This document shows, one piece after another, positions 29,301 to 44,300 of a stretch of DNA of 64,000 nt. The stretch's first letter is position 1. Each line of letters opens with the position of its first letter. Origin of the DNA: Octopus sinensis (Eukaryota); contig NC_043001.1 in assembly GCF_006345805.1 (NCBI RefSeq), positions 104,532,001-104,596,000 of the forward strand, in the 5' to 3' direction. The translations under genes were made by a program, and so were the position numbers. Under the pieces are notes generated by a model. It ran no database searches. It was not told the origin of the DNA and saw nothing but the letters and a program-made list of their open reading frames with translations.

Positions 29301-32300
29301 ATCTTACTTTGTTGTGAGTATGGCAGGTAGGGTAAGACCCTGACTATGTTCCAAACACAACTCATCTTACAGGTGCAAAAGATAATCATTAGTTCCCATA
29401 TGTTGTTGTTGACCTCCTTTGTTGTTGTCTGAATGATGTAGTTGCCTTTGACTTGGACTGATTCTTTGATTTCAACATTGGTTTCTCTATCACTTTTGTG
29501 ATAAGCCCTCATGTCTCCCAGCTTGATACCGAGATGATCTGCTATAAGCTGAGCCAATCCAGATGTGAATTCCCTGCCAGAATCATCACGGGTCCTTTTT
29601 GGCCAAGAGAGCCCAGGTTGGAGGGCCGCGATACCACAACCCTTTGGCATGCCATTACATCAACAACAATGGTACGTTTTTGTCCTCTATCTTCTCCCTA
29701 TACAACAGGGTAATCTTTGCAGAGATGGTCGTGTCTGGAAGCAAGCTAAATATATATATATATATATATATATAGTTAATATCTATTTAATAAAGAGACA
29801 TGATCATGTTAAAGAGAAAAAGGCAAAAAGACTCTGACATTGATATTTTTATTGTCATTCCTTAATTGCATACCACTGTTTCTCCTTCCTTGGCCTACAG
29901 AGATAGCCAATTATTTTCTCTATAGCAGGACAGTGATCTTTGTCCCTCAGTCATGCACTAACTTCTTCTTGATTACAAGTAAGTTTACTGCCATTAATTC
30001 TCACCATTAATAGGGAAAAACTATATTATTGAAAAAAAAAAAAAAGTGAATTGATGACAGTGAACTTTCCTTGCAGTGAATCGATGATGGTGAACTTACT
30101 AGACATGCTGCTTTCTAGGCAATAGCCACTGCTCTCGGATTCACTATGTCTCTCAACTAAGTGGTCTTTCTCTTCCAAATTACTTGGCAATCCCACTGGT
30201 AACTGTGCCATGTAAAAAGCACTTTTGCTGGTGCCATGTAAAAAGCTGCCTTGCTGGTGCCACATAAGAAGAAACCAGTACATTCTGTAAAGTAGTTAGC
30301 ACTGGGAAGGGCTTCCTGCTGTAGAAACCAAGCTAAAACAGATGGCCGGAACCTGCTGCAGTCTTCTTGCTTGCCAGTTCATGCCATCATGTAAAATGGA
30401 TATATGATGATGATGATTACCATAACACTAAACACTGAATGTTAGGATTTGCTTTTTCTACATTTCTGACAACAGCACCTATTAATACTACACTGGACAT
30501 TTTTAAAGAATTCTTAAAAGTTGTAGCTAAACAAATTTTTTTTTTACTTTTTATAATCAAACCTGAGCAAAATGAAGATAGAACAGGCTGAGATGACAAT
30601 CATGTTAACTGACAGATCTTGGAGATTTAAACAGGATTATTATCTTTGCATGGCTTTGTAGCTCATAAAGGTATCAGTTCTTATTCATTAATTGTTATTA
30701 GTACTAAATTAAAAATTTTTTTTAGGCTTCAACTTCATAAAAATGAGATATTTCCATCAAAAAGGAATCAAGATTGGAGCCTTCTATCAAAAGATTGATG
30801 CTGTCATCATTGTCATTATTGTTAGTAATCCTCATCATTTAACATCTGATTTTTCATGCTAGCATGGTTTAGGCAGTCTGACTGGAGCTGGCAAAGTGGA
30901 GAGCTGTAATAGGCTCCAGTCATCTGCTTTAACTAGGCTTCTATGGCTGGGTGCCCTTCCTAATACCAACCACTTTACAGAGTGCAGTGAGTGCTTTTAT
31001 TTGGTACCAGTACAGGTGCTTTTCATGTGGCTCCAGGAAAGGTGAATTTTAATTTTAATCAGAGTTTAAAATGTTTATTCTTCAATTCATTTCTTTTGTT
31101 CTTGAGAATTGTTGATCATTTCAACGTGAACTGAGGAAAGAATTGATCCTGAACTGAAAATTCTCCCCTTATTCTGTTTCTCCCCTGTCTCTGTTCTGTG
31201 TGTGTAATGAATAAGCTTGAGCCTTTTGTCAAGTTAAATACATATAAACAAAAATAGTGTATTAAAAGTTGCATAACTAAGACTTACTGAACATATAGAT
31301 TTTGTGCTATCTCATATCAACAATGTCATGGATGCTCTTATTTATACATCCTGGCATCCTTATCATATTTATATGCATCACAGTCACATAATTAAAGATA
31401 AGAATCAAACTTAAACTGAATGTTATAAAATTACATACCTGGCATCTATGCTTTTAATACTGTATGGATGTTTCTTGATTTCCCTCTTAAAATGTTCATA
31501 TTCCTAGAAGAGTTTACAATAAAAGTATATGTTGTAACTTTATAATAAAAGCAATGATTTGACATTAATAGTTCTATTTTTGACTGGTTTCGACTCTTCA
31601 ATAAAACAAAACATTACCTGACTCACAGAAACACTTAAGCAAAAAAAAAAAATCCTTTTCTCTACACATCCTAACTTCCAGTAAAGAGCTGAAATTATTG
31701 TTTGATGGGAGATATTACCTAACTTGAGAAGTGATGCAGTAAAGGGATGTGACATAATACTACAAGGCATTTCATCTTGTACTGTCAACTGATTTTGATA
31801 TTCCTTTCTTAACAGAAGGTTCTATGCAGTTACTAAAAGATAGCAGCAAATATCTCCCTGAAATCTTGCAGAAAAAAGGCAAGGCTGTGTGGTAAGAAGT
31901 CTGTTTCCCAACCACATAGTTGCAGGTTCAGTTCCACAACATGTAACCACAGGCAAGTATCTTCTACTATAAGTGGAGGCACATAGCCTAGTGGTTAGAG
32001 CAGCAGACTCGTGGTCGAGGGATCAAGGGTTTGAATCTCAGATCAGACAATGTGTGTGTTTATGAGCAAAACACCTAAGCTCCAAGCGGCTCTGGCAGAA
32101 GGTAATGGCGAATCTTCTGCTGACTCTTTCGCCCCAACTTTCTCTCACTCTTTCCTACTGCATCTTGCATCTCACCTGCGATGGACTGGCGTTCCGTCCA
32201 GGTGGGGAACCTATACGCCAAGAAACTGGGAAACCGGCCCTTATGAGCCAGGCATGGCTCGAGAAGGAACAAACAACAAAGTCTTCTACTATAGCTTTGG

Positions 32301-32368
32301 GCTGACCAAAGTCTTGAAAATGGATTTGGTTACAGAGACTGAAAGAAGCCTGCCACAAACACACACAC

Positions 32369-32399
<31 letters not shown>

Positions 32400-35300
32400 C
32401 ATATTTGTTTGTCCTGAACCACTGCATGACAACCAATGTTGGTGTGTTTATGCCCCCATAACCTAGTAGTTCACCAAAAATGATCAACAGAATAAGTACC
32501 AATCTTAAAAACAATAGGTACAGGGGTTGAGACATTCCACTAAAAATTCTGAAAGGTAGTACCCCAGCATGGCCACAGTCTAGCAACTGAAATAGTAACA
32601 GTTATAGCCACAAATCACAATCAATGCTGCTGCTACTGTCTCCACAATTTTAAAAGAGGAGCACCTTCAACAATACACCTTCAAAAGCAAAACATTACTA
32701 AATCTAAAAACGACTGTTAAGGTCTCTGGTTTGTGATATAACATATGAGAGATAACAAGTCTATGGTTATGATGCTTGTCTGTTTCAACTCACATTAACT
32801 GAAGATCTACTAACTTATTTCCAACAGCTACACAAACTCAATATGCTGCCTGATACAAAATAAATAAGTAGTGAGAACGAACCGTGTAATCTCGAAAATG
32901 TTTCCTTGCTAGTTTACTACAAAAGAAATAAAAGAACACACATCATCATGACTGTCATCATCAACATAATTATCATCATCATGAAGTAACATTTTCAACA
33001 ATAATTTCATCTTTAGATGGCGTTTTTAAAAAAAATATTTGAACCTAGATTTAAACTGCATTTCATTTACCTTTGTCTGTGAACCTCATTAGGAGTTTTA
33101 TTCTCAGCTACGTGCATAGTATCAGACTTTTAATATTTATCTCTCTGCAAAAACAGAAATATTACTTTCAAATTTTGGCACCAGGCCTGCAATTTTGAGG
33201 GAGTGAATAAGTCAATAATATCGACCATGTAATCAACTAGTACTTAGTTTATTGAAAACATGAAGGCCAAAGGTGACCTTGGTGAGATATAAACTCAGAA
33301 CGTGAAGATGGACAAAATGCCGCTAAGCATTTTACCTGGTATAGTAATGATTCTGCCAGCTCACCACCATAGCAAACACAGAAATATTGAACTGATGTCA
33401 CTACTGGCCTTACTAATTCCATTATTGGTAAGACGTATATGTCCTGATTCTTTCATTCTCATGAGTTTCCCACTTTGGAATTACGGAATCTTCATTCTAT
33501 AGCATTATATTAATTCATTTCTCACTCCATATGTATTAAAATGTTTCTTCTATCATTAAGGCTTTTCAATATTCTTCCATCCCAACCTTTAGAACCTTGC
33601 AGTGTTTCATGTACAAGGCCCTCCATAAATGCATGGCATGTTATAAATGCAGTTTTAATGTTCCAAATGAAACAATGCAGATGGAGATGCATAAAAAAAC
33701 ATTTTCATCTCAAAAGATGAAGTTAATAATCTGAAAAACTTATAATCACATCTGCAATAACTCATCTCAAACATTTACATATTTAAGAAACATTATTCTC
33801 AAATTAAAAATACACCCCTTTCTCATTTACAAAACAAACAGCCAAAGAAACAAAGAAATACAGAAAACATGTTACTGTGAATTTGTTTAGTTCTGTAGAG
33901 TGTTAGAGTAATGAAGAATGAGGGCAGATTGGAGTTTATATTCTAGTGGTCCTTGTGGTGTAAATGGACACCATACAGATTAATGAACCAAAGCTACATA
34001 GAAATCATAAAAGAGGATCACACCCTCAACAGGTCTGAGGTGTAGAATAACACTTGGGGCATTTGCTTGCTCATTTTCATATGCATAACAATTTGTCTCC
34101 TCATAAAATATTATCAATTAAGCACCAAAGATAACCTTTGCAGCATGTAGAGTCCACTGACTTTGGCTGTTGTTGTACATCATAACAACGTATTCCCAAA
34201 GATGATTGTCTCTGAAGACTGGTCCTTAGGATTCACTTTAACCATGAACCATTCAAAATGATGTGAATAAAGAAGCTTTACATTTGCCAGAGTAATCTCA
34301 TTGCTAAACGGTTAATCAGTGTATATTTTTGTAGTATTATCATATTTAATGATGCATATTTTTATGTCCTTTTAGACTGTATTATTTTCAAAATACAACT
34401 CATAAGAATTTAACGATATAATTTCTCATAGATTATTTTAAACACATTTGTATTAAGCTTAATATCTTAAATTTCAAACTGAGAAAGCTGAGATATATCC
34501 AGGAAATACAGGAAAACATTGATTGAATCCATCAAACGATTGAGTTTGAATTTCAAATGTAGCTTAAAATAGTATTTGTTTGTTCTTCTGCTCTCAACAC
34601 TTCTTGATGATAGCAATCTGTGAAAATATCTCAATTTTAAATTTCAAACTGAAAAAAAAAAGAGAAAAATAAATTCATTCATTCACCTACCGTCATACCC
34701 ACCCACTATTTGTTGTCAGGTTAGAGTATCACATCTATAGGGTCTAATCAGAAGTGACCATCACTAGACTGCCTGACTGGATTTCCAAGAATGACCAACT
34801 GAGACAATATTTTACTCCAACAATTGGCTTGGCTTGAAGAGTCCATCTAGTGATTCTTTCCTGCAACATTCTAATCCAGTACCAGAGATGAAACTGTTCA
34901 ATGGGCAGAAGTAGAAGTTTGCCCTGGAGAGAATCCCTAGCCTCCAAGCTATGTAGAGTAACATTACTCTAGAGACCTTTTGGTACACTGTGGCATAAAA
35001 AGAGGCAGCAGGGAGAGTAAAAACCCCCCAAGGCTAAGTCATAGGAGGACTCTGAGGTTAAGCTGGACTCTGATTTTAGATTGATCAATATAGGATTCTG
35101 GCAGAATATCTTCTCACTTTATAACAAGAAGCCCTCTTCCACCATTGACGTTATGAATTCAGCTGGAATTCTTCTCTCTAAAAAGAAAAGCATTCTTTGG
35201 GCTTGAAGAGAATACGCTGAGAATCTCAATCTCATTAGGACAAAATCTTCTGGTTGACATGAGGTACATATAGGGCCAAAGACTGACCTCACAGAGGCTA

Positions 35301-38300
35301 GAGTCACGGAGGTGATTAAAGCACTCAAGTGTGCCAAGGCAGCTGAAGTGGATGAAATTTCACCTGAGATGTTAAGAAAATTAAAAAGAGAAGATATTCT
35401 CTGGTTGATTTGTGTATAGCAGGTGGCATGGACTTCTGAAAGGACACCAAAACAATGGCAGTCTGGGGTGATGATCCCAATTTTGAAAAAGGGAGAGAAA
35501 ACTGAAGGAAACAAATGTTTGGACTAGGAATTCCTTGCTTTGTATATGTGTTATTCCTTGTTTCTGTTCAGGGTTGTTACATGACAAGGACTTATTCAAA
35601 TTGAAATACTGAATATAAATATATTTAGTTATTTCTCACATCAACTTTGTCATGGATATTTTCTACAAATACCTTTATACTGGTTTCAAAGTTTGGCACA
35701 AGGCCAGCAACTTTGGAGCAAACTAGATCAATTACAATGACCCCAGTGCTAAATTTTACCTTATTCTATCAAACATGAAAAGATGAAAGGCAAAGTCAAC
35801 CTCAACAGAACTAAACTCAGGCAGTAAAGATAGATGAAATGCCACTAAGAATTATGCCCGTTGTACTAACAACTTTGCCAGCTCACCACTTTATATATAT
35901 ATATCATTATATCGTTATCACATTTATACATGACAATTACATTATCATCATTTAACATCCTTATTTCAATAAAGTAGAAATCCAATTTAAACAAAATGTA
36001 ATGAAAAATATTTACATAGCTTTTTCTTTGTCAAAAGATGGAAGATCAAGTAGTTCCTTCAAAAGTCCTTGAAAATCCTATAAATATTCAAAATGAAAGA
36101 ATATGTTTAGACTTTATAATAAAATTAATGATTTAACATTTGTAGTTCTATTTTACCATGTAACTGACTCTTCAATAAAACTGGATATTGCCTCACTTCC
36201 TGAAGCAATTGGGTGTTTTGCTTCTCTACATCCACAGCAACATCAACTTTCAGATATTTCAGGAACATTGGAATAATTCCAGAACATATACTTTCAACCA
36301 ACTTTGTACTGTAGGAAAATTAAAGTAATCATTTCTAAACACTGCACAAGATCACACATTTTGTAGGAGTCTAGTTATTTGCAACACAGAGCTTGACTAA
36401 TAAAGGAATGTGGTTTACTAATTAGGGCTTTAACTTCACCATTATAAAGTAATGGCTTTGCTTCCTGGACCAAGAGGCACATTATGCCCCTGAGTAAAAC
36501 AGTTCAGTATTATTTTCTTCCAGTCTATTTAGCTGACAATAAGCAACAGCAAGTACAGGGGTTTATCATTGGCTAGGTATTTCTCCTGCAGCTGCCTTAC
36601 CAGGAATATAGCATCAGTGGTACTTTTCCCAGGTACGAACCCAAACTGCATCTCATCTAAACTAACTCTCTCTCTAATTAGTTGGGCTATGACCCTCAAA
36701 TACCTCAAGCCTTTGGTTCTCACGGCGCAGAACATTGGCAAATTTTTTCTTAACTGCTTCCCCTCTGGCTAAATAGACCTGTCTCTTAGCTTCTCTTTTG
36801 GCAGTCTGATACAATTCCCTGCTACCACCATTCTTCCAGTGCTTCCAAGCCTGTCTCTTTTGTCTAATAGCCCTGTCTACAGCATTGTTCCACCACCACG
36901 TTATTTTGGGTCGAGAGGGGACTTTGCATCAACCACAGATCTGGTTAGTGGCCCTCAGCAGGTTGTCCCTTAAAAACCTCCAGTTGTCTTCTACACCATG
37001 TGAAGCTATATCCCTTTCTACTTTGTCAAAGGCTTCAAGTAATATGTCCTTAAATCTCTGTCCATTTGCAGGATCTTTAAGCTTCCAGATCCTTCTTCTC
37101 CATGTTGATCATCTTCTGGCTGGCCTCTTAGTCCTGATCCTAAAGTCACTAACTACCAGTCTATGTTGTGGAGTACATTCTGTGAAGAAAGAAGACAAAA
37201 TGGTAACAGCTTCAACAACGTTGCACATTCAGAACTGACCTGGAATTAACCACATTGCATTTAATGTGTCCATATTTGGCCTAAATATTCTACCTGTTTC
37301 ATATTCACACCAGCTACATTTGGCTTCACAAACCTACTCTACAATGACATTCTGCTAGAATGACAGCTGCTAAATTAATCCCAACACAGTAGGCACATTG
37401 TCCAATGGCAACTTTCCAGGTGCAATCCCATGGTCATTCATAACAGGAAGGGTAAACTTTGAATAAAAAGGTAAAAAAAGAAAAAGGTAAAAAAAAGAAA
37501 ACCTGCACTGAATTTGAGCCTAAGACTTATGAACTTGTAACCAAATACCTTATGCCCACAACCACTTCATTTCTACAGGGCATCTACTTTGGCAATTTAT
37601 AATTAAATAATACCAGATTTACAAGCAATTCAGTTATTTTTAGTTCTCTTGTAATTGTTTAGCCCGAGGTCAGTCCTGATCTGCCAATATACTGCACTGT
37701 AAATAAATCATATCGACTAACCTTACGGCCTTTGAAGAATTCCTCTGCAACTTTCCTGCAAGAGAAACAAATAGACACATATTTTCAGCACATCATCACA
37801 ATCATCTTCATTACTTCTACATCAATTCACAAAAGGAACCATTGCAGAACTGTTATTTTATGTTTGTACATTTTATTACTTAAATATAAATTTAGAATTC
37901 ATTTGAATAGGTTTAATCTCTGATTATCACCAGGCATCATATTTGTGGATGTCTGTACAGTATGAAACTGGAATGTATTTAGCTTCCAAAGATTTCTCTG
38001 TCAGCAAAAGCAGCCATGGTGAGTCGATGTCAGTTTTAGGTTTATCTTAATTGGCTTCTTAACAAGAGCATGACTCTTGCTAATAGGTAAAGCATCTTGG
38101 TTTTCCAAAAGGAACAAATGAATAAATAATAACACAAAGTATTATAAATGCTTCAAATTTACATTAAGCTTGAAACTCATGTTCATTCAATCAAATTAAG
38201 CTTCATTCAATTATTCTGGCAAAAGACTTTTGTCTTTCAATAACAAGTAATTCTTCATTATCTCCATTCTGTACTGCTCACTGGCCAGTCCTTGGTCAGT

Positions 38301-41300
38301 TTTGGTAGCATATCAGGCATGTTAAGAAGAGGTTACAAACCCTTTGATTTATCCCTTCCCCAATTATAGAGACAAAGACACTGTGGATGTGCCCTAAGAT
38401 ATTTTACACAGTACAATGACACTAATGCAAAGAAAGTTAGAGTGTTAAGAATTTATCCCTGGATTTGATTGGTAATTTATTTATCAGACCCAGGAGGATA
38501 GAAGGTAATGTTGACTTCTGTGGGATTTGAACTCATAGCAAAGCGTGCTAGAAAGAGAAGTACAACACTTTCAATCTGACACTCTTATGATCCTGTCAAT
38601 TTCCACCAAACAAATACTTAGTAACTTTTTAACAGTCCTCTAAGCAAACATAGTTTAATAGCCACTGGAGTATGTGATAAATATTTTGGTATAAAACAAG
38701 AGAAACCTCAGTCATAATGCTGACTTACATGGAACTGCACCTTGTTACCACATTGTGATATCACAGATTGGTTAATGATACTTTTCGTCTTTCTTTATTT
38801 GAATCATATGTCTTTTCACCCTTTAGTGTTGAAACTGGCTAAAACCAGCCAACGTTAAATCCCCTTTATTTGTTCAAACCAACCAAATCTGACCGTATCC
38901 AACTGCTCTACGAAACTGCTAAAAAATGAACAAATCATGTTGCTGAATTCTCGTAGCTTTTAGATAATGTGCAATGAAGCCTTTCCCATTTTTATTCAAG
39001 TATAAATACTGTGAAATTGTTTAAATCACATAGTTTTTTCAATATTTGAAGAGAAGTCTGTAATTTGTTTTTAATGAAATGGCATCAGTAAGTAGCAATT
39101 CTGACTTTGAAGGTTTTACTCTTGACGATATAGAAAATATAATGAAAACAAGAGTATTTTGTCTTCGGATGAATCTGATATTGATATTAGTGAATAGTCA
39201 TCGGATGAGGAAGATCTTGAGAACGAATGTGATAAAAATGAAAGTGATGAAAATGATATCATAAACATGGCAGCATGGTCAAAGATTACAACACCAATCA
39301 CTATTCCTGATTTCACAAAAAAACACTGGTCCACAACATAATTTACCTCATGATGCTCAACCATTGGACTATCTATTTTTATTTTTATTCAGAAAGTTTT
39401 TTTGAAACTGTTATGGAGGAAACAAACAAATATGCACAACATATAATTTCTATTCGCGAAGGAAACGATCCATTATGGCAGCCAACTTAAACTGTGGAAA
39501 TGAGAACATTTTTCACAATCAATATTATGTTTGGTGTTAAACAGCTTTCTTGACTGTGAAACTACAGGAGTCCTGATATAAGGTATGCTGATCTATATAT
39601 GTCAAGCATAATGTTGAAGACACGGCATTCAAAAATATCTCAGTATTTACATTCAATTAATTCTGCTAATGACCCCAACAAAAACAACCTAAAATATGAT
39701 CCCCTGTACAAAGTATGTCCTGTAATTGATTGCAAGTTACTTGGCAACCCTACTGGTGCTAGTGCCAAGTAAAAGTATCTGTATCAATGCCACATAAGGG
39801 CACTTGTGCCGTTGTCAGATTAGAAACCTCTATGCTGCTGCCACATAAAAAGCAACAAGAACACTCTGTAAAGTAGTTGGCATTAGGAAGGGCTTCCAGC
39901 TGTAGAAATAAAACCAAAACTGATTGGAGCCTATCTGTCTTCCATGCTGGCATGGGTTGCCCAATCTGAAGGAACTAGCAAGATGGAGAGCTGTAACAGG
40001 CTCCAGTCATCTGCTTCAGCAAGGTTTCTATGGACAGATGCCCTTCCTAATGCCAACCACTTTACAAAGTGTACTGAGTGCTTTTATATGTGACACCAAC
40101 ACAAGTTCTTGACAATTGTTCAATTCATTTCAATGTGAACTGGGGAAAGAAATTATCTTGGACTGAAAATTCCCCTCTTATTCTGTTTCTCTTCTGTGGG
40201 TGTATGGAATAGGTTTGAGCCTTTTGTCTTGCAGTTAAATACATACAAACAAAAATAGTGTATTAAAAGTTGCGCAACCAGGACTTACTGAAGTTGAAAT
40301 ACTGAACATAGATATTATGTGTTGCCTCATGAAAGCAGTGTCATGACTCTTGTTACTATTTCCTACATTTATATTTCCTTATAGCGTTATCATATTTATA
40401 CATCACAATCTCCTCATAATTCAAAGTCAAAATCAAACTTAAACAGAGTGTTATAAAATTACATACTTGATGTCTTCAGCTGACATATTGTCTGGTTGTT
40501 CATTGAGTTTCTTTTCAAAAGCTTTATAATCCTAGAAGAGTTTACAATAAAAGCATTTGTTGTAACTTTATAATAAAATGCAATGACTTAACATTAATAG
40601 TTCTATTTTGGACTGGTTAATGAAACAAAACATTATCTCACTTACATGTACACCTTAAAAAAAAAAAACCTGATTTTTTTCTCTATACATGCTAACTAAG
40701 AATAAAGACACAGTTCTATATTTAAGAGATGAGGAATTATGTACGTTATCTACACTTGACGGATATTTGTCCTCATCTTGTTTGTAGTTAACACATTTCG
40801 GCTGATATACCCTCCAGCCTTCATAAGGTGTCTTGGAGAAATTTTGAACCTGGGTTCTCATTCCTAAGGTATTTTTCGTCGTTGTTGTTGTTGTTGTTAT
40901 TGTTGTTGTTATTATTATTATTATTATTCAGGTCACTGCCTGGAATCGAACTCAGAATCTTGGGGTTAGTAGTCCATGCTCTTAAACACTATGCCCACAG
41001 GCATATGGCGTAGTGGCTAAGAGCGCGGGCTACTAACCCCAAGATTCCAAGTTCGATTCCAGGCAGTGACCTGAACAACAACAACAATAACAAGATTGAA
41101 AAATACCTTAGGAATGAGAACCCAGGTTTCAAATTTCCACAAGACACCTGATGAAGGCTGAAGTGTATATCAGCTGAAACGTGTTAACAACCAACAAGAT
41201 GAGGACAAATATCTGTCAATTGTAAATAATGTAAATTAGAATAAAGAGCTGAAGTCATTGACTGATGGGGGATATTACCTAAGTTGAGAAGTGATGCACA

Positions 41301-44300
41301 AAAGGGAAGTGACATAATACTACAATGCATTTCATCTTGCACTGTCAACTGATTTTGATATTCCCCTTCTTAAAAGAAGATTCTATGTAGTCACTAAAAG
41401 ATAGCAACAAAATCTCCCTTAAATCTTGCAAAAAAACTAAAGGGTGTGGCTGTGTGGTAAGTCTATTAGTTTACATTTGAAAGGAGGAATGGGTATTTCT
41501 CCTACCAACCACAAACTCTACCTCTGCCTATCACCTGAAATGTTATTTCTTGTCCTATGAAAAGATAGAAAGCTATGTTGACCTCAGCAGAATTTTGAAT
41601 ACAGACATTCAAGAAAGGTGTTATGCTGTCATTTGATCTGCTCAGCTACATCTTCGTCAACTATCATCATCATTCAATGTCTGTTTTCCATGCCGGCATG
41701 GGTTGGACTGTCTGACAGGAGCTGACTAGGCTCCATGTCTACTTTTACATTGTTTCTATAGCTTGATGTCCTTCCTATTGCCAACCACTTTACAGAGTGT
41801 ACTGGATGCTTTTATGCATAACCAGCATGGGTGTGTATACATGGCATTTGACTGGGTGGATTTTATGTGGCTCCAGCACCCATGAGCCTCCAAAATTACG
41901 AATGTTCAGCTAGAGAAAGATACAATGGACATGCCTGTATGCAAGGCCGACCACACTTCTACTTAGCTTGACGTGTCTTTTCAAGCACAGCAAACCACCA
42001 GGAGTCCCAGACCCTATCCTGTCACTCTCTCTGTGAGACCTAGCATCTAAAGATCCTCTCTCACCACTTCATCCCACATCCGCCTGGGTCTACCCCTTCC
42101 ACTTTAAAAGTGTTTTAAATAACTTTTTCGGGGGGGGGCAGGTTAGTTTCCATTTTAATTTGATAGCACTATTTTCTGTGTGACTTCAACACCTGAAGGA
42201 AAAAAACAAATGGATTGAGAGGAAACTGTTGATTTGATCCAAATGCATGAAGGGGAGAGAATTCATACAAAAGGCACCCAAGAAGCAGATGGTGGTTTTA
42301 AACTGGGTGACATGTAAAGCCTTTACCCAGTTTTCTAATAAAACAAAGGACTTTGATCAAAACCAAACAGCTGGTCATCTTATGTTCATATGAATGAAAA
42401 TATAGTTTTAACATCCACATTTTACAGCTTTCATGGGTTTGCAGAATTCATTCATGTAGATGTTTGTTACAGTGAAAGGATTTAATGTATTTCTTTGGTC
42501 TTTAGACTCCCATGGAAAAACAATTGGAGCTAAACAACAATATCTGTAATACTAACAGCAATAACCACAAAAATCACAATCGACGCTGCTGCTGCTACTG
42601 CAGCTAACCCCACTATTTTAAAAAAGGAAGACCTCCAGCAATTCACCTTCAAAAGCAAAACAATACTAAATCTAAAAAGGACTATTAAGGTCTCTGGCTT
42701 GATGAAATAAAACAGATGAGAGATAACAAGTCTGTGGTTAGGGTGCTTGTCTGTTTCAATTCACATTAACAGAGGATCTAACTTATTTCTAGTAGCTACA
42801 CAAACTCAATATGCTACCTTCTACATAAATAAAAAGTAAGGACTAACCTTGTGCATTTCAAAATATTCTTGTGCTAGTTTCCTACAAAAGGAATAAAGAA
42901 ATACAAATCATCATTACCATCGTCATTGTCACCACCACCACCATCACTGCCAACAACAACAACAACGCTGCCACCACTGACATCATCACCATCATCATTT
43001 AGTGTCTACTTTTCATGCTGACATGGATTAGACAGTATGACTGGAGCTGGTAAACCAGCAAGTTGCACTGGGTTCCAGTCAGATTTGGCAAGGTTTCTAC
43101 AGCCGGATGCCCTTCCTAATGCCAAGAGTGTAAAGGGTGTCTTTAATATGCCACTGGCATGGGTGCTGTTATGTGCTACCAGCACAGGTGCACTTCTGTG
43201 ACAGTTATGTGGCACTAGCATCAGCCATGACTACAACTTTACTTCGCTTGACGAGTCTTCTAAAGCATGGCATATCGCCAATGGTCTTGTTCACTTGTCA
43301 CCTCAACAATTAATTTCATCTTTAGAATGGATTTTTCTTCTTTTTAATATTGGAACCTACATTAGGACTTCATTTCAATTAGTTTCATCTCTGAATCTCA
43401 TTAGGAGTTTTATTCTTGGCTTAATGCATGGTACCAGATCATTAATATTATAGCAAATATTTACAAATATTTGCTTCAAATTTTTGCACAGGGCCTGCAA
43501 TGACAACTGGTACTTATTTTATCAACCCTGAAAAGAAGGAAGGCAAAGGTGACTTTGGTGAGATATAAACTCAGAATCTGAAGATGGACAAAATGCCACT
43601 AAGCATTTTGCCTGGCATAGTAACGATTCTGCCAGCTCACCACCATAGCAAACACAGAAATATTGAACTGAAGTCACTACTTGCCTTACTAATTACATTA
43701 TTGGTAAGACGTATATTTCCTGATTCTTTGATTCTCATGAGTTTCCACTTTGGAATTACGAAATCTTCATTCTATAGCATTATATTAATTCATTTCTCAC
43801 TCCATATGTATTAAAATGTTTATTCTGTCATTAAGGCTTTTCAGTATTCTTCCACCCCAACCTTTAGAACTTCACAGTGTTTCATATGCAAGGCCCTCCA
43901 TAAATGCATGGCATGTTATAAATGCTAATGATTTTGCCAGCTTGCCACCCAATATGAACCCTTATATTGTTATCATATTTACACACCACAATCTCCTCAT
44001 TTCATTAACAATAAAAATTGAAGTTAAACAAAATGTAATAAAAATATTTACTTAGTTTTTTGTGTGTCGAGATATGGAGGATAGAGAAGTTCGTTCAAAA
44101 AATCTTCATAGTCCTATAAATATTCAAAATGAAAGCATATGTTTAGACTTTTATAATAAATTGAATGATTTAATATCTGCAGTTCTATTTTACCATGTAA
44201 TTGACTCTTCAATAAAACTGGATATTGCCTCACTTCCTGAAGTAATTGGTTGTTTTGCTTCTCTACATCCACAGCAACATCAAACTTCAGATATTTCAGG

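Noticed and set aside
32050-32586. Cluster of 65-143 aa ORFs
   Set aside because: All lie within nested SINEs and a (GT)n tract
41007-41075. tRNA-like sequence (also SINE heads at 31973, 55913 and about 47770-47840)
   Set aside because: A- and B-boxes are present, but the sequences run into SINE bodies and tails with TSDs and lack a complete acceptor stem; not tRNA genes
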